In this document: one piece after another, positions 8,095 to 18,153 of the stretch | Numbering within the stretch: position 1 is the stretch's first letter | How the letters are laid out: each line of letters starts with the position of its first letter | Source: Methanotrichaceae archaeon | GTDB taxonomy: Archaea > Halobacteriota > Methanosarcinia > Methanotrichales > Methanotrichaceae | Length of the DNA stretch: 49,895 bases | Reading direction: 5' to 3' | Assembly: GCA_963754945.1 (NCBI GenBank) | Contig: CAVWIG010000033.1 | Location: forward strand, 1 to 49,895 | Program-made: the position numbers and the translations under genes | Notes under the pieces: generated by a model | Seen by the model: the letters and a program-made list of their open reading frames with translations, nothing else | Database searches by the model: none | What the model was told of the DNA's origin: nothing

Positions 8095-10007
8095 CCGGAG
8101 TTTATAAGATCTTTTAAAAAACGGTCGTTACATGTTGAAAGATGTAGGGTCTAAGGAAGAATTAATTCATTCTGGAAGATATTGGCCGAGTTGGAGTTTG
8201 CTGAAGACGTCTGCAGTATTTTTGTTCATGTCTTCGACCACAAAATCGAATTTCGTTCTGCTCGCTTCATGAGCTTCTGCGTTGTAGATAACACCAAGCC
8301 TTACTTGATCCAAATAGTGTGCCAATCGTTCTATCGATAATTCGGAATCATTAATAACATAGAGCAGATAATTATATAATAAGATTCCGACGACACATAA
8401 GAACACATGTGCCCTGATTTTACTATCTTTGCGGACATACGTTGGTTTCAAGGGTATCAACAATCGATCTTTTAACCATGCGATATCCGTTTCAATTTGG
8501 TTGCGCGAATCATACAATTCCGATATCTGGCGCGAAGTTAATTCCATCATATCCGTAAATATGACGGTTTTTCCCATAGAAGATACATGCTCTTGGATGC
8601 GAGTTTCGTTCAGCTGGAAATCGAGCTGCAACTTTCGATCTACTTCGACAACCTTATAATCAAATAAACCGCGATATTGCTTTGGAATTGCATCTACAAC
8701 CCGATTGATCAGACCCTTTGGAGTCAATTTTCTACCTTTGCCATTTCTGTTTAATTTTAATTTTATATTCTCTATATCATTTAGAATTTCATCTTTAACT
8801 CGGTTCCATTCAGCTAGCTGTTTTTGTTGAGTTCGTTCGTTATATCTAATTATTCCTATAAAATCATGACTATACCAGCGTTTTGCTGTTCGATAGGCTC
8901 TTAAGGGATTTTCATGGGCGTTCGTCCAAGTCTCATTGAATTCCGAAATCGGAATCTGAAAGAGTTCTTTGCACATCGACTCAGGCAAGGAACCGACAAC
9001 ATGCATTCGCTCCACTGCTTTTTGAATATTTTCTGTCGAATTCATACCCCGATCAAATATTATCGCGATGTCTTTTGAAGGAATATCGATATCATGAAGC
9101 CTTTTGCAGATACTATCAATCAGACCTGAGAATAATTGTGTATCGTTCTTGTTTGCAGGATATACAAATGAGTTGAACGGAATATTATGATCCGATGTGG
9201 TCAATCCTATTCCAATCAGATTCTTATCGTATCTCTTCTCTTTTGAGTTCCCTTTTTGTGGCAAGGTTTCTCCACGATCGATATGAGTATAAAAATTCGT
9301 GGTATCAAATATTAGTCGTGTAGGTTTAAGTCCACGTTTAATCAAGCTACGAGATATATCAAGTTCAATGTTCTGAATGGTCTTTTCATCTAATTCATTC
9401 ATATAATTAAGAAAGTTTTGACTAGAGAGTTTATATTTTGGGTTCCAAAAGAATTGAAGCGAACTCTCTTTGAAGTATTCGTCGAGAACGTTCCGGCTTA
9501 AGGCATGCTCAGATCTACCGATGATCATCAGAAGAAGGTATTGTGCAGGAGTAAGGCCACCGAGCTTCTTTCGATCTATATTCCGGTTTATGCTATCTGT
9601 TAAACCTACTTCTTCAGCTGCCTTTATAAAGGCTGCAGGTTTCCCAAAAGAAAAAGAAGCAATATGGGCGGGCTTTTTCGAAGAGAAAAGCTCATTGACT
9701 TTATCAGGAGATCCTACGCATTTTTGCATCACTTGGACTACCTTTCCATTTATGCGTTGGTTCTCGATGAGATAGAGATACTTGCGCCCTTTGATGGTTT
9801 TTATCTTGAAGTGCACCACGTATATTAGACCCTACAAGTGGATAAATGTTTCGATCATCTAACCGATTCTGAAGCAAATAATGGGTTTAATCGCATGTTT
9901 TCATAAGATAACTAAACGACAATGACGCAAGAAAATATAAAAATTTGTTAGACCCTACAAGAAACGATACGTGCTGATGGGCTGGGCCAATATTTTATAA
10001 ACTCCGG
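8095..10007 (-). mobile_element. IS1634-family insertion sequence
   Basis: TIR CCGGAGTTTATAA at both ends; 5-bp TSD TCAGA at 8090-8094 and 10008-10012. Confidence 0.93.
8167..9819 (-). CDS. IS1634-family DDE transposase
   Basis: N-terminal KTIKGRKYLYLIENQRINGKV; FDTTNFY, IFDRGMNS, RNQIE...LK, IRAHVFLCV. Confidence 0.92.
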   Translation of the reverse strand: MVHFKIKTIKGRKYLYLIENQRINGKVVQVMQKCVGSPDKVNELFSSKKPAHIASFSFGKPAAFIKAAEEVGLTDSINRNIDRKKLGGLTPAQYLLLMIIGRSEHALSRNVLDEYFKESSLQFFWNPKYKLSSQNFLNYMNELDEKTIQNIELDISRSLIKRGLKPTRLIFDTTNFYTHIDRGETLPQKGNSKEKRYDKNLIGIGLTTSDHNIPFNSFVYPANKNDTQLFSGLIDSICKRLHDIDIPSKDIAIIFDRGMNSTENIQKAVERMHVVGSLPESMCKELFQIPISEFNETWTNAHENPLRAYRTAKRWYSHDFIGIIRYNERTQQKQLAEWNRVKDEILNDIENIKLKLNRNGKGRKLTPKGLINRVVDAIPKQYRGLFDYKVVEVDRKLQLDFQLNETRIQEHVSSMGKTVIFTDMMELTSRQISELYDSRNQIETDIAWLKDRLLIPLKPTYVRKDSKIRAHVFLCVVGILLYNYLLYVINDSELSIERLAHYLDQVRLGVIYNAEAHEASRTKFDFVVEDMNKNTADVFSKLQLGQYLPE

Positions 10008-10784
10008 TCAGATGCGTGGTGAACCAGTGGCGGCAATTGTGCGGACTAAAGTGATCCTCCATCCGATCCGACTCGGGATTATGCCTGCCTATGCGCTCCG
10101 CTGCTTTCGTGACTGCTAGGTAAACATCGTTCCTGGACGACCTGAGCCCCCAAGAAGAGAGGAAGAGAGCTGTAGACTTGCGCCGGTTCACTCCCTCCCT
10201 AACTCTGAGCCATCGTCTGAGAATGAAAGAACACTCGTCATCAATGAATATGGTCCGGTTGGTCCTCTTCGCTGTAGGCTTGAGTCTGATCTGGTTTTCA
10301 ATAAAATCCACGTCGGATACATCGAGGCTGATTAGCTCATTTCGCCTAATACCGGTCTTGGCCAGCAAGGTTATGATGGCCTTGTCTCTGATGTCCATCG
10401 TGGAATTGATCATCCTGGCCATGTCTTCTACACTGATAAGCTGCCTTTCATGGCCGTCTCCGTTGTCCTTGTAGCGTCGAAGGTAGCGCTTCCTCACATC
10501 TAGGACCGGATTGGAAGAGACCAGGCCTTCATATTTCAGGTACTCATAAAAAGAACTGAGAACGGAGAAAATTAGCTCGATGGACCGTTGGGAACGCCTC
10601 CTTTCTCTAGAGTGAACTATGAAGCCCCTAAGAGCTTCTCGATCCACCTTCAGAATATCTACTCCCGCTAGGTCGATGTATAACCCAAACATCTTTAAAG
10701 CTGATTTGTAGCCTGGCAGAGACCGCGGGCTCATTCCTTGCGCGTCACAATCCACCAGGAAGCGTTTGAATAGGTCTCCAGTGG

Positions 10785-11300
10785 TTAGCTGATCCATCGC
10801 CAGCCCTTGCCTTCCGACTTGATCATGCCATAACCCTCAAGCTCTTCTAGCTGCTTTGAGACAGCCTTAACGAGGTCACTTTCACGTGGATCTATGCCTA
10901 GGTCCTCCAGGAGCCTGTAGTTGTCCACAAAACCCCTAGACTTAAGGATCCCAACCAGCTCCTTTGAGTAGCGCCTCATTCCCTGATAATCCTCTTCCAG
11001 GAAGGACTGAGAACGGTAACGCTTTAGCTCAGCTTCATAGCGTTCCAGAACGATCTCCTTTTGCTTGAGATCATCGCGAAGAGATTTGTTTTCTGCCTTC
11101 AAGACCTCCATCTCACGGACAGATTCCCGTCTCGGCTTGAATTCCTCTTCTTCATCAATCACGCCGTCTACTATGCCAATGACGAACTTAGAAAGGGATG
11201 TATGAGCCTTACCTGCTAGCTTTTCCCATCTCTCCTTATGCGGCCGGGATGGGTGGTAAACGTAGGTGTATCTGGTCGGATCGGGCCTAGGATTAGCCAT
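10785..11300 (-). CDS. Putative DNA-binding protein (RHH-like N-terminus, coiled coil, C-terminal wHTH-like), overlapping the integrase start
   Basis: YVYHPS...KERWEKLA...SLSKFVIGIVD; heptad-rich middle; LEELEGYGMIK...GKGWRW. Confidence 0.6.
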   Translation of the reverse strand: MANPRPDPTRYTYVYHPSRPHKERWEKLAGKAHTSLSKFVIGIVDGVIDEEEEFKPRRESVREMEVLKAENKSLRDDLKQKEIVLERYEAELKRYRSQSFLEEDYQGMRRYSKELVGILKSRGFVDNYRLLEDLGIDPRESDLVKAVSKQLEELEGYGMIKSEGKGWRWIS

Positions 11301-11362
11301 TATCCCAAAATTGACCGTTATGCTATAAAGCTTTTACTGAGTAAAATTAATGACTAATCCCG
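11290..11362. promoter_or_regulatory. Inverted repeat overlapping the start of the RHH-like gene
   Basis: GGATTAGCCATTA (11290-11302) versus TAATGACTAATCC (11348-11360), 12/13 match, enclosing the near-palindrome TTTTACTGAGTAAAA. Confidence 0.5.
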
Positions 11363-11546
11363 ATCAGCGCATTTTATATAACAGTCTCTATTTTCTCTAA
11401 TCATTTCTATAATTGTTTTAGATTCTATATGATCATTTTTATAATCTTTAAAGGCGACAAGGAAAAAACATCCTACATATAGGAACCAGAATAACGAGAA
11501 GGCGAAGGCATTTTCTGTCATACCTTCTTCGATAATAGGCCTGTAG

Positions 11547-12788
11547 TTACGGACAAAATCTGGCCTGCATAGGCACGGTCACACCAGCTAGGTCTTTCAG
11601 GCGGTAATCCTGAAGCAGCGTAGCCCTGAGCTTGCTAGTGTGAATACTCAGAGTTATTTCTTTGGTCCTGCCGTATCTGCCTTTGCTGACCACTACTGTG
11701 TGCAAGATGCCTAGCATGTCCAACTCTGCTATTAGATCGGTGATCCTTCTATGAGTCAGGAAATCCGTGTCAACCATGGGGCAAAGCTGCTTGTACATGT
11801 TATAGACTGCACTCGTGGTGATATTCCTGGTACCTTGCTCCTCTAGGAGCATAACACTATACAACGTCAACTTGGACTGAGTTGGTAGGGTTTTGATCAC
11901 TTCATCTACCCGGTCCAGCTCGATCTTTTCCCTTGCTTGCCGAACGTGCTCTTCTGTAACCCGAAGGCTACGCTCCCGCTCAGCTAGCTCGCCAGAAATT
12001 CTAAGAAGATCCAGGGCTCTCCTGGCGTCCCCATGCTCTTGAGCAGCAAAAGCTGAACATAACGGTATTACGTCTTCTGTCAGCGTACCTGGTCTGAAGG
12101 CAATACCGGCCCTCTGTTCCAGGATATCTCTGATCTGCTCAGCATTGTACGGTGGGAAGATAATCTCATCCTCACCAAGAGAGCTCTTTACTCGTGGGTC
12201 CAAGAACTCTGTGAACTTCAAATCGTTAGAGATGCCAATCAAGCTAAGTCTGGTCTGAAGAAGATCTGAATTTACTCTGGAGAGGTTATAGAGCACATCA
12301 TCTCCTTTTTTTACTAGCTTGTCCACTTCATCTAGCATTATTACAACAACGCGTTTCTCTTCATCTAAAGCGTTTCTGAACTCGGCGTAGACTTGATCAG
12401 TAGGCCAGCCAGTCATTGGAATTTCTTTATCAAAGTGTCTAGCTAGGTGTGCTAGAATTCTGTACTGGGTGTCTATTACTTCACAGTTTATATAAATTAC
12501 TATGCATTTTACTTTAGAGCTGGCTTCTTCAAATTCTTTACCTACGTATTTTGCCACCGCAGTTTTGCCTGTTCCGGTCTTGCCGTAGATGAGGACATTA
12601 GATGGAGTTTCTCCTCTAAGTGCTGGCACAAGAATTGAAGCTAGGCTATTGATTTGTTCTTCTCTGTGAGGCAGTTCGCTCGGCGTATACGTGGGCCTCA
12701 GAACATCTCTCGTTTGAAATATACCACCTTGGGCCAATAAATCAGCGAATAATCCACTACTAGGCACAGACACTTTAATTTCCCTCAA
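11547..12788 (-). CDS. cdc6: Orc1/Cdc6 replication initiator
   Basis: LPHREEQI, Walker A GKTGTGKT, LDEVD, HGDARRALDLLR, C-terminal SKGRYGRT wHTH. Confidence 0.97.
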   Translation of the reverse strand: MREIKVSVPSSGLFADLLAQGGIFQTRDVLRPTYTPSELPHREEQINSLASILVPALRGETPSNVLIYGKTGTGKTAVAKYVGKEFEEASSKVKCIVIYINCEVIDTQYRILAHLARHFDKEIPMTGWPTDQVYAEFRNALDEEKRVVVIMLDEVDKLVKKGDDVLYNLSRVNSDLLQTRLSLIGISNDLKFTEFLDPRVKSSLGEDEIIFPPYNAEQIRDILEQRAGIAFRPGTLTEDVIPLCSAFAAQEHGDARRALDLLRISGELAERERSLRVTEEHVRQAREKIELDRVDEVIKTLPTQSKLTLYSVMLLEEQGTRNITTSAVYNMYKQLCPMVDTDFLTHRRITDLIAELDMLGILHTVVVSKGRYGRTKEITLSIHTSKLRATLLQDYRLKDLAGVTVPMQARFCP

Positions 12789-12831
12789 ATGGCTTCATAG
12801 GTTGAGATCTTATTAAGAGTTATGGTGAACG

Positions 12832-12885
12832 CCCCTTCGTTTCCAGTGGAGACTCAACCGCCCCACCCCTTTGTTTCTAGTGGAG
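12832..12885 (-). promoter_or_regulatory. Two ORB elements with G-strings
   Basis: Minus strand: CTCCACTGGAAACGAAGGGG (12832-12851) and CTCCACTAGAAACAAAGGGGTGGGG (12861-12885), matching the archaeal ORB consensus. Confidence 0.85.
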
Positions 12886-13144
12886 AGAGAATAAATTTAT
12901 CGTTCTATGACATGATAAATAATGAAAATAAATTTAGTCATTTATTGGTATATGATAGGTTATACTTAAACTTTTCTAAAGAAATTTTTTTGGTTCCGCT
13001 TTTCTCAGGTCTTCCAAAAACGATCTACGTAGTCTATTGGTTCTAAGTGTGTTATACTTTTATTCTTATTATTCTGGCTCGATTCGTTTTCCAATCTCAA
13101 AATTCGCGAATTAAAATCTGTATCTCGAAAAATTAATCTCTATT

Positions 13145-13711
13145 AGAGGAATCCCTAAAAACTCGCCAAATATTGTAATTTCACATAGCATTTATAAAGA
13201 TGAACCTGAAAATCTGAGATTATTAGAAATCCTCCTGTATTCCCATGTAAATTTCATACAGCATATCAAACTTCGAGCATGACCCCCCAGTCCTGAGGTT
13301 CACGAGGATTTCCGCAGTTTCAATTGACACAAAAATATTTTGCAAACTAATTAACCGTTACATATTGCGTCTCAATGCTAAATATAAATTCGCAATTTGA
13401 TAAATTAAAACGTTTTGCGTCAGTTTTCTCAGCATCTTTTTTTTTACTTGAAATAGAGATATATCCAGCAAATTGTAAACGCCATATTTGAATCAAGTTT
13501 TCATAAAAATTATAGATTTTGAATTCAATACTGCAAAATGCAGAATCCTCATTATATTGGACGATAAAAAGCCCTTGCCTTCAATCACTTTCTTTTTTTA
13601 AAAAATAGATTGCATCCAGAAGAGGACTCCTAAAAACCCGCTAAATAACGCTTTGATTTATATACTGCTTATAAAGCCGTGCCAAAAATCAGAGGTTATT
13701 AGGGATCCTCC
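13145..13711 (+). repeat. Degenerate 91-bp direct repeat inside the origin (13145-13235 and 13621-13711)
   Basis: Shared blocks AGAGGA.TCC, TAAAAAC.CGC.AAATA, TTATAAAG, AAAATC.GAG.TTATTAG..ATCCTCC. Confidence 0.7.
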
Positions 13712-13940
13712 AGAAATTAGATATTATTATTAGGTGAACACTAGTCTTAGTTAAGGAATCCCATGGGAGACGTAAGCCGGATTTTAAATGGGACCAGAAT
13801 CCTCTCATTACACAGAATTTCTGAGATATCAGTAAAAACCTCATATCTGGAGCAGTTGGCGTATACGCAAAAGGTGAAAACTAGCGTGGAAGCTTGGTTA
13901 GTATGTAAAATGGTTTTCGTCGAACTATGCTAATACCAAG

Positions 13941-13953
13941 CTCCAGTGGAAAT
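13941..13953 (+). promoter_or_regulatory. Distal ORB/mini-ORB
   Basis: CTCCAGTGGAAAT on the plus strand, opposite in orientation to the cdc6-proximal ORBs. Confidence 0.65.
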
Positions 13954-14177
13954 AGTACGGTCCCCCCCCAAAACGATCCCCTGTTCTCGATAGGTAACGA
14001 TTAACGCGACATATAAACAAACTTTTGTGACAGAATACTGTCGACAAAGTGTCCTTATGTCTTCTACGTTGTCTCTCTAAAAGGAGAGCTTTTAGGATCC
14101 GATCAATAATTATTATTGTGTATCTATTCACATATAATATATATTGCTAATCTCAACAGTCGTTCTTAGCCCGGGGA

Positions 14178-14438
14178 TCAACCCACGGGTATTGTCTCAA
14201 GTTGGCTTGCCACATTCCAGATCAACGTTCTGGTGTGAAGAGGTATGTTGGGGTCGTTGCTTATCTCGTCGAGTATAGAGATTGCGGAGGCAGCTTTTAC
14301 TGCTTCATTTACCTTCTCATCCAGTAGAATGCCTTTGACGTTCTCAGCAGATCGCCTTATGTTTCTGGGAACGGCATCGTCGCTCATGATGCGTTCTAAG
14401 ACCTCGACGCATTGTTTTAGGACCTTATCCGCAGTCGT
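14178..14438 (-). CDS. UPF0147 family protein
   Basis: [15 protein letters not shown]...[27 protein letters not shown]; start uncertain (ACG at 14438 after GGTGGTGA, or TTG at 14468). Confidence 0.85.
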   Translation of the reverse strand, partial: TTADKVLKQCVEVLERIMSDDAVPRNIRRSAENVKGILLDEKVNEAVKAASAISILDEISNDPNIPLHTRTLIWNVASQLETIPVG

Positions 14439-14571
14439 AAAATCACCACCAATACTCCAGGAGGGCAAAAAGGTTAATGATGGTGCCCTTCCTAGTTAGC
14501 TTAAGGTGATGTTTATAGTTGTTGTATTTAAACGTATGTGGGAGAGGCGTTAAGTGTGTTGGTGATATCAA

Positions 14572-15087
14572 ATGGATGAGGAAGAAAAAGTGAAGAGAAT
14601 AACCAGCCTCCTTGAAAAAGGATGTACGATGCTGGCTAATCATCACGATTGCGGTGCGCCATTGTTCAGGTGCAAAGGGAAAATATTGTGCCCGATATGT
14701 TCTTTCAGCACTGAAAAGCCGGATAACACTTCAATTGGAGAAACTGATGGAGCTGTCCCCCAAGATGCTGATGAAACCAAGGCGTCTAGGATTAGAGCTG
14801 GCGGCGAAGGAGCTTTATCATCGAGTGTGGAGCCTCTGCAGGCTCTCGGTCAAGAACATCGAGAAAAGAGTTATCCCAATCTGGAGTCTGAAAGGCTAGC
14901 TCAGAATTCAGGCGAATCTCTGCGTGACAGCGAGTTCGAAATAACTAAGCAATCGGTGAGAATGGCGGTTCTATTCAGGCTGAAGGATCTTGCATTAGAC
15001 ATTAAAGAGGAGAAAGACCTGTGTCGGCTCAGATCTCAGCTGGACTGCGTTGATGCAGCGCTAAAAGTGATTTGCGCTTTGAAATGA
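14572..15087 (+). CDS. UPF0148 / Sjogren autoantigen-like zinc-finger protein
   Basis: LLEKGCTMLANHHDCGAPLFRCKGKILCPIC; GGTGA RBS; divergent from UPF0147. Confidence 0.85.
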   Translation: MDEEEKVKRITSLLEKGCTMLANHHDCGAPLFRCKGKILCPICSFSTEKPDNTSIGETDGAVPQDADETKASRIRAGGEGALSSSVEPLQALGQEHREKSYPNLESERLAQNSGESLRDSEFEITKQSVRMAVLFRLKDLALDIKEEKDLCRLRSQLDCVDAALKVICALK

Positions 15088-15502
15088 CGAAATAGTTGTA
15101 TCATGTTTATCATGTTTCCTGAATCAGTAGCCAAGTACTGTTAACTGAAAATTGCCAGTAATGGGAGTCAACTGCTATAGGATAAAACATATAATGAGAT
15201 TGACATTCGATGAGATCGACACTTGAATGAGATCTCAAAATAGTTGCATCGTTCTGGCAGAGTTAGCATCTACTTGTGGATGCTGTCGTTTAGTATCTAT
15301 CCACTATCTATTGGATCGGCTCTGGATGAGACCAGGTCAAATACTCCGAATGGTATACGTCAAGCGATATCGATTCATCGATCATGCTTAAATCTTAGAA
15401 GGAATAATGGTATGATAGCAACTTGGTTGGTGGCCTCGAGAGGAGGTATGAGAAGGCTCACGGGCCGGATGCGAGTTCCACTAGAAGCAAAGGGGTCATC
15501 AA

Positions 15503-16627
15503 ATGGGCAAAAATTTATTTTTCAAGTACATTTCACGTATCTTATCTCCAGAATATTTCCCAATTTATTCCAAGTGTTGCTCATTCTATTCTTTGAGGAA
15601 CAAAGCCGCATGGTCTCTATCGCTTCAGGTTCTATTGCTGTCTCTTATTCTAATTCTTTCCTGCATAACTGGATGCATTCAAAATTCTAAATACGCGGAT
15701 GCATATTTGGAGGCTCCTTCAACCCAGGACAAGGCATTGAAAGAACCGCCCCCCGATCGCAACATTGCTCAAAAGGATAATGTGTCCTTCGACTCAAGAA
15801 TGCGCCTGGAGCTAGATTTCCAGCCGAAGGTGAGCAGAACCTTGTTCAGCCTGAGCGGAGACCTGGTTCTTTGGGGGAACACCACTCTTCCCTATCTTAT
15901 GCTCAACGCTACTTTTTGGGGGAGGGGTCTTCTTGTAAAGAAAGCCGGGTACATGTTGATCCAGGTAGAACCTGGAAAGAAGTATACCTTTGACATCTCC
16001 CAGAACCAGAGAGTAGCTCAGGGGGAATACGACTGCATCCTAGATGCATCAGGTCCTTCTGGGTCTCTGTTTTCGGAAAAGAGGCGATGTTTGACCATAG
16101 ATGAACCTGCAGAGCAGAATTTGCAGGATCGAAATCCAGATGCTAAAAAGAACTCAAGGATAGACGTTTCTGAAAGTTCAAAGATGTGGAACTCAGATTA
16201 CAAAGTTCAGAGCCAGGATGGAAATGTAGAAGAAAACAGGGTTTACTATGGGAATTCGGCTGCCAAATCTGCTGAAAGAGCCTCGGGAATCTCGGATAGT
16301 GCTGACAGCGTAAAGGCCTCCATGCCATCTAAGAACGACTCTTTGGGCGGTGAGGATACCGCTGGCAGAAAAGTGTCGCTCAACCGCGTCTCAAAAAACG
16401 CGAGCACTGAAACAAATAGAATATCCAAGCCAAACCGAGCGGCTGCGGATAGTAACAAAAGTGATGCTGTTGTTGGAGGGATGCTCGTGGGCAGCTCCGG
16501 CTCGAATAAGTATCACAGGCCTGACTGTCGGTTTGTAGAAAAGATCAAGAATAAAATCTATTTTAAGAGCGCGGAGGAGGCTAGGAAGAACGGCAAAGTG
16601 CCGTGCAAGACCTGCAACCCTCCATGA
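15503..16627 (+). CDS. Putative lipoprotein with C-terminal Ada-type metal-binding domain
   Basis: Hydrophobic stretch then lipobox-like ITGC; C-terminal GSSGSNKYHRPDC...FKSAEEARKNGKVPCKTCNP; start uncertain. Confidence 0.7.
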   Translation: MGKNLFFKYISRILSPEYFPIYSKCCSFYSLRNKAAWSLSLQVLLLSLILILSCITGCIQNSKYADAYLEAPSTQDKALKEPPPDRNIAQKDNVSFDSRMRLELDFQPKVSRTLFSLSGDLVLWGNTTLPYLMLNATFWGRGLLVKKAGYMLIQVEPGKKYTFDISQNQRVAQGEYDCILDASGPSGSLFSEKRRCLTIDEPAEQNLQDRNPDAKKNSRIDVSESSKMWNSDYKVQSQDGNVEENRVYYGNSAAKSAERASGISDSADSVKASMPSKNDSLGGEDTAGRKVSLNRVSKNASTETNRISKPNRAAADSNKSDAVVGGMLVGSSGSNKYHRPDCRFVEKIKNKIYFKSAEEARKNGKVPCKTCNPP

Positions 16628-17232
16628 CGCACTAGAAATTATTCTGCTGGAACAATATTGCATCACATAATCTCGATATCATCAATCAGCTTTCGGAATC
16701 GAAGTACGGGGGTTCCTTTGCCTATTCCAAGCTATATTTCGGGCGTGAATGAGGAGTTTGCATTGATCCCCTATGCTTGGCGGAACATACCGCGTTTCCG
16801 GATTATTACGGCACAAAAGCCCTTGAAGGCTTGTTGTCAGGTTGCCAACAGTAGACAACGAGCGAATTCCATTTCGAGGTCTGCGCGAATTCGGTCTTTA
16901 TCCAACCTTGTCTCTGCCGAGGTGCGGTGTCCTCACCATGAATACGGGTTATGGCAATATCAGCAGGGCGTTAATCCAGGTAGCTGAAGCTCTATATTCA
17001 GAAATCAACAAGTTGTTCCTTAGTTGTATAAAATTTAAAAAACACCTGGATTTAAATATTTTACTTTCAATAACTTGCTACTTTGCTGTGGATAAGCCGC
17101 TAGGGGATCACCGAGTTACGACACTTCTACGTATCCATGTTGCTATAGCCCAAAGGACTCTTCCACTTGATGGGTGGATACAGATGGCATAATATACAGA
17201 TAAAGATGTATTGCCATCAGGTGAGATCAAGA

Positions 17233-17790
17233 ATGAGGACGTGGTTGATCCTGGCTTTGATGGCTGTGCTGGTTTGTACGGCATCAGCCGGATCTGTGAA
17301 AGAGAAACTTGGACCTTACAACGTATCCTTCGACCTGAACACTACTGGAAAGTACAGCGTTACCACCGAAGAGCCATCAAATGGTGTCACCGAAAACGGC
17401 ACAAAGTTCGTTGAGTACAACCTTTCCGTTGACGGGGGTGACAGCCTGTTGTATCTGGTTCTGAGAGAGTACAAGATCGACAACCAGACAGACATCGATT
17501 CTAACAAGACAAACATAAACACAGTGACAGGAACGATGAATACTATAATAGGAATGCTTGGCACAACCCAGCGGCCCAGCGTAAAGTTATACCAGCTTCC
17601 CATAGATGGCCGCACGGGAGTCCTGGAGGCGGCTCGTCTTTCATCGAACGAGGTGTTTGCCTGCGCCAGCTACTTCCTTGAAGGCAGTACTTCTGCCATC
17701 AAGAAGACTAATTGTCGGGTTTTCTCCACGTACCCTTGGGAAATAACAAGGCAGATGCTGTATTCGCTACATATCGAGGGTCCAGCCTAG
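17233..17790 (+). CDS. Secreted hypothetical protein
   Basis: Signal peptide MRTWLILALMAVLVCTASA after a GGTGA RBS; LGPYNVSFDL...STYPWE. Confidence 0.7.
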   Translation: MRTWLILALMAVLVCTASAGSVKEKLGPYNVSFDLNTTGKYSVTTEEPSNGVTENGTKFVEYNLSVDGGDSLLYLVLREYKIDNQTDIDSNKTNINTVTGTMNTIIGMLGTTQRPSVKLYQLPIDGRTGVLEAARLSSNEVFACASYFLEGSTSAIKKTNCRVFSTYPWEITRQMLYSLHIEGPA

Positions 17791-18153
17791 ACAAGAGGTT
17801 TACTGACCTCCTTTCTTTAGCGCTATCGGTCGAAGAATTGTTTGGGGTAGGTCTGAGTTTTTTATTAGCAATCCACGATGCAATAACGACTCGGGCTAAC
17901 ATCGCGTTCAAATTCCGGTGTGATCCAAACATCAACGTTAATATCTTCATCAAGCATAACATATTCTGCTTTCATAAAAATGGGCCAATAGGCCCGATAG
18001 AGCGAACCTGAGCCTTTTCCCGATAAGATCTGTTTTAATATTTTAAAATTAAACTAGTGGAATTTCAGTAGCAATAGCCATATAGAGGATTCATGTAAGT
18101 ATTAGGTGGAATCTACATAAAACCCATCTTTTAATATCACTAGGAAGAAACAG

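Larger units (their letters stand above)
7950..10797 (-). pseudogene. Tyrosine recombinase/integrase interrupted by IS1634
   Basis: KTGIRRNEL and HNCRH in 10008-10797. Removing the IS and one TSD restores HWFTTHLRRAGMRREFIQELRGDSRKEAIDIYDHVDLKELKEAYLAAIPQLGI*, with the catalytic Tyr in 7950-8094. Confidence 0.92.
12789..14177. other. Probable chromosomal replication origin (oriC)
   Basis: Long AT-rich intergenic region upstream of cdc6 bounded by ORB-like boxes. Confidence 0.8.

Noticed and set aside
9955-10007. Integrase C-terminus TGVYKILAQPISTYRFL
   Set aside because: Read-through into the IS1634 end; the true tail is at 7950-8094
12789-14177. CRISPR array or short ORFs (12822, 13925) in the origin
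   Set aside because: Repeats are degenerate without regular spacers; the ORFs overlap ORBs and look non-coding
16628-17232. ORFs 16658-16987 and 16842-17192
   Set aside because: No motifs, RBS or consistent frame; probably non-coding or decayed
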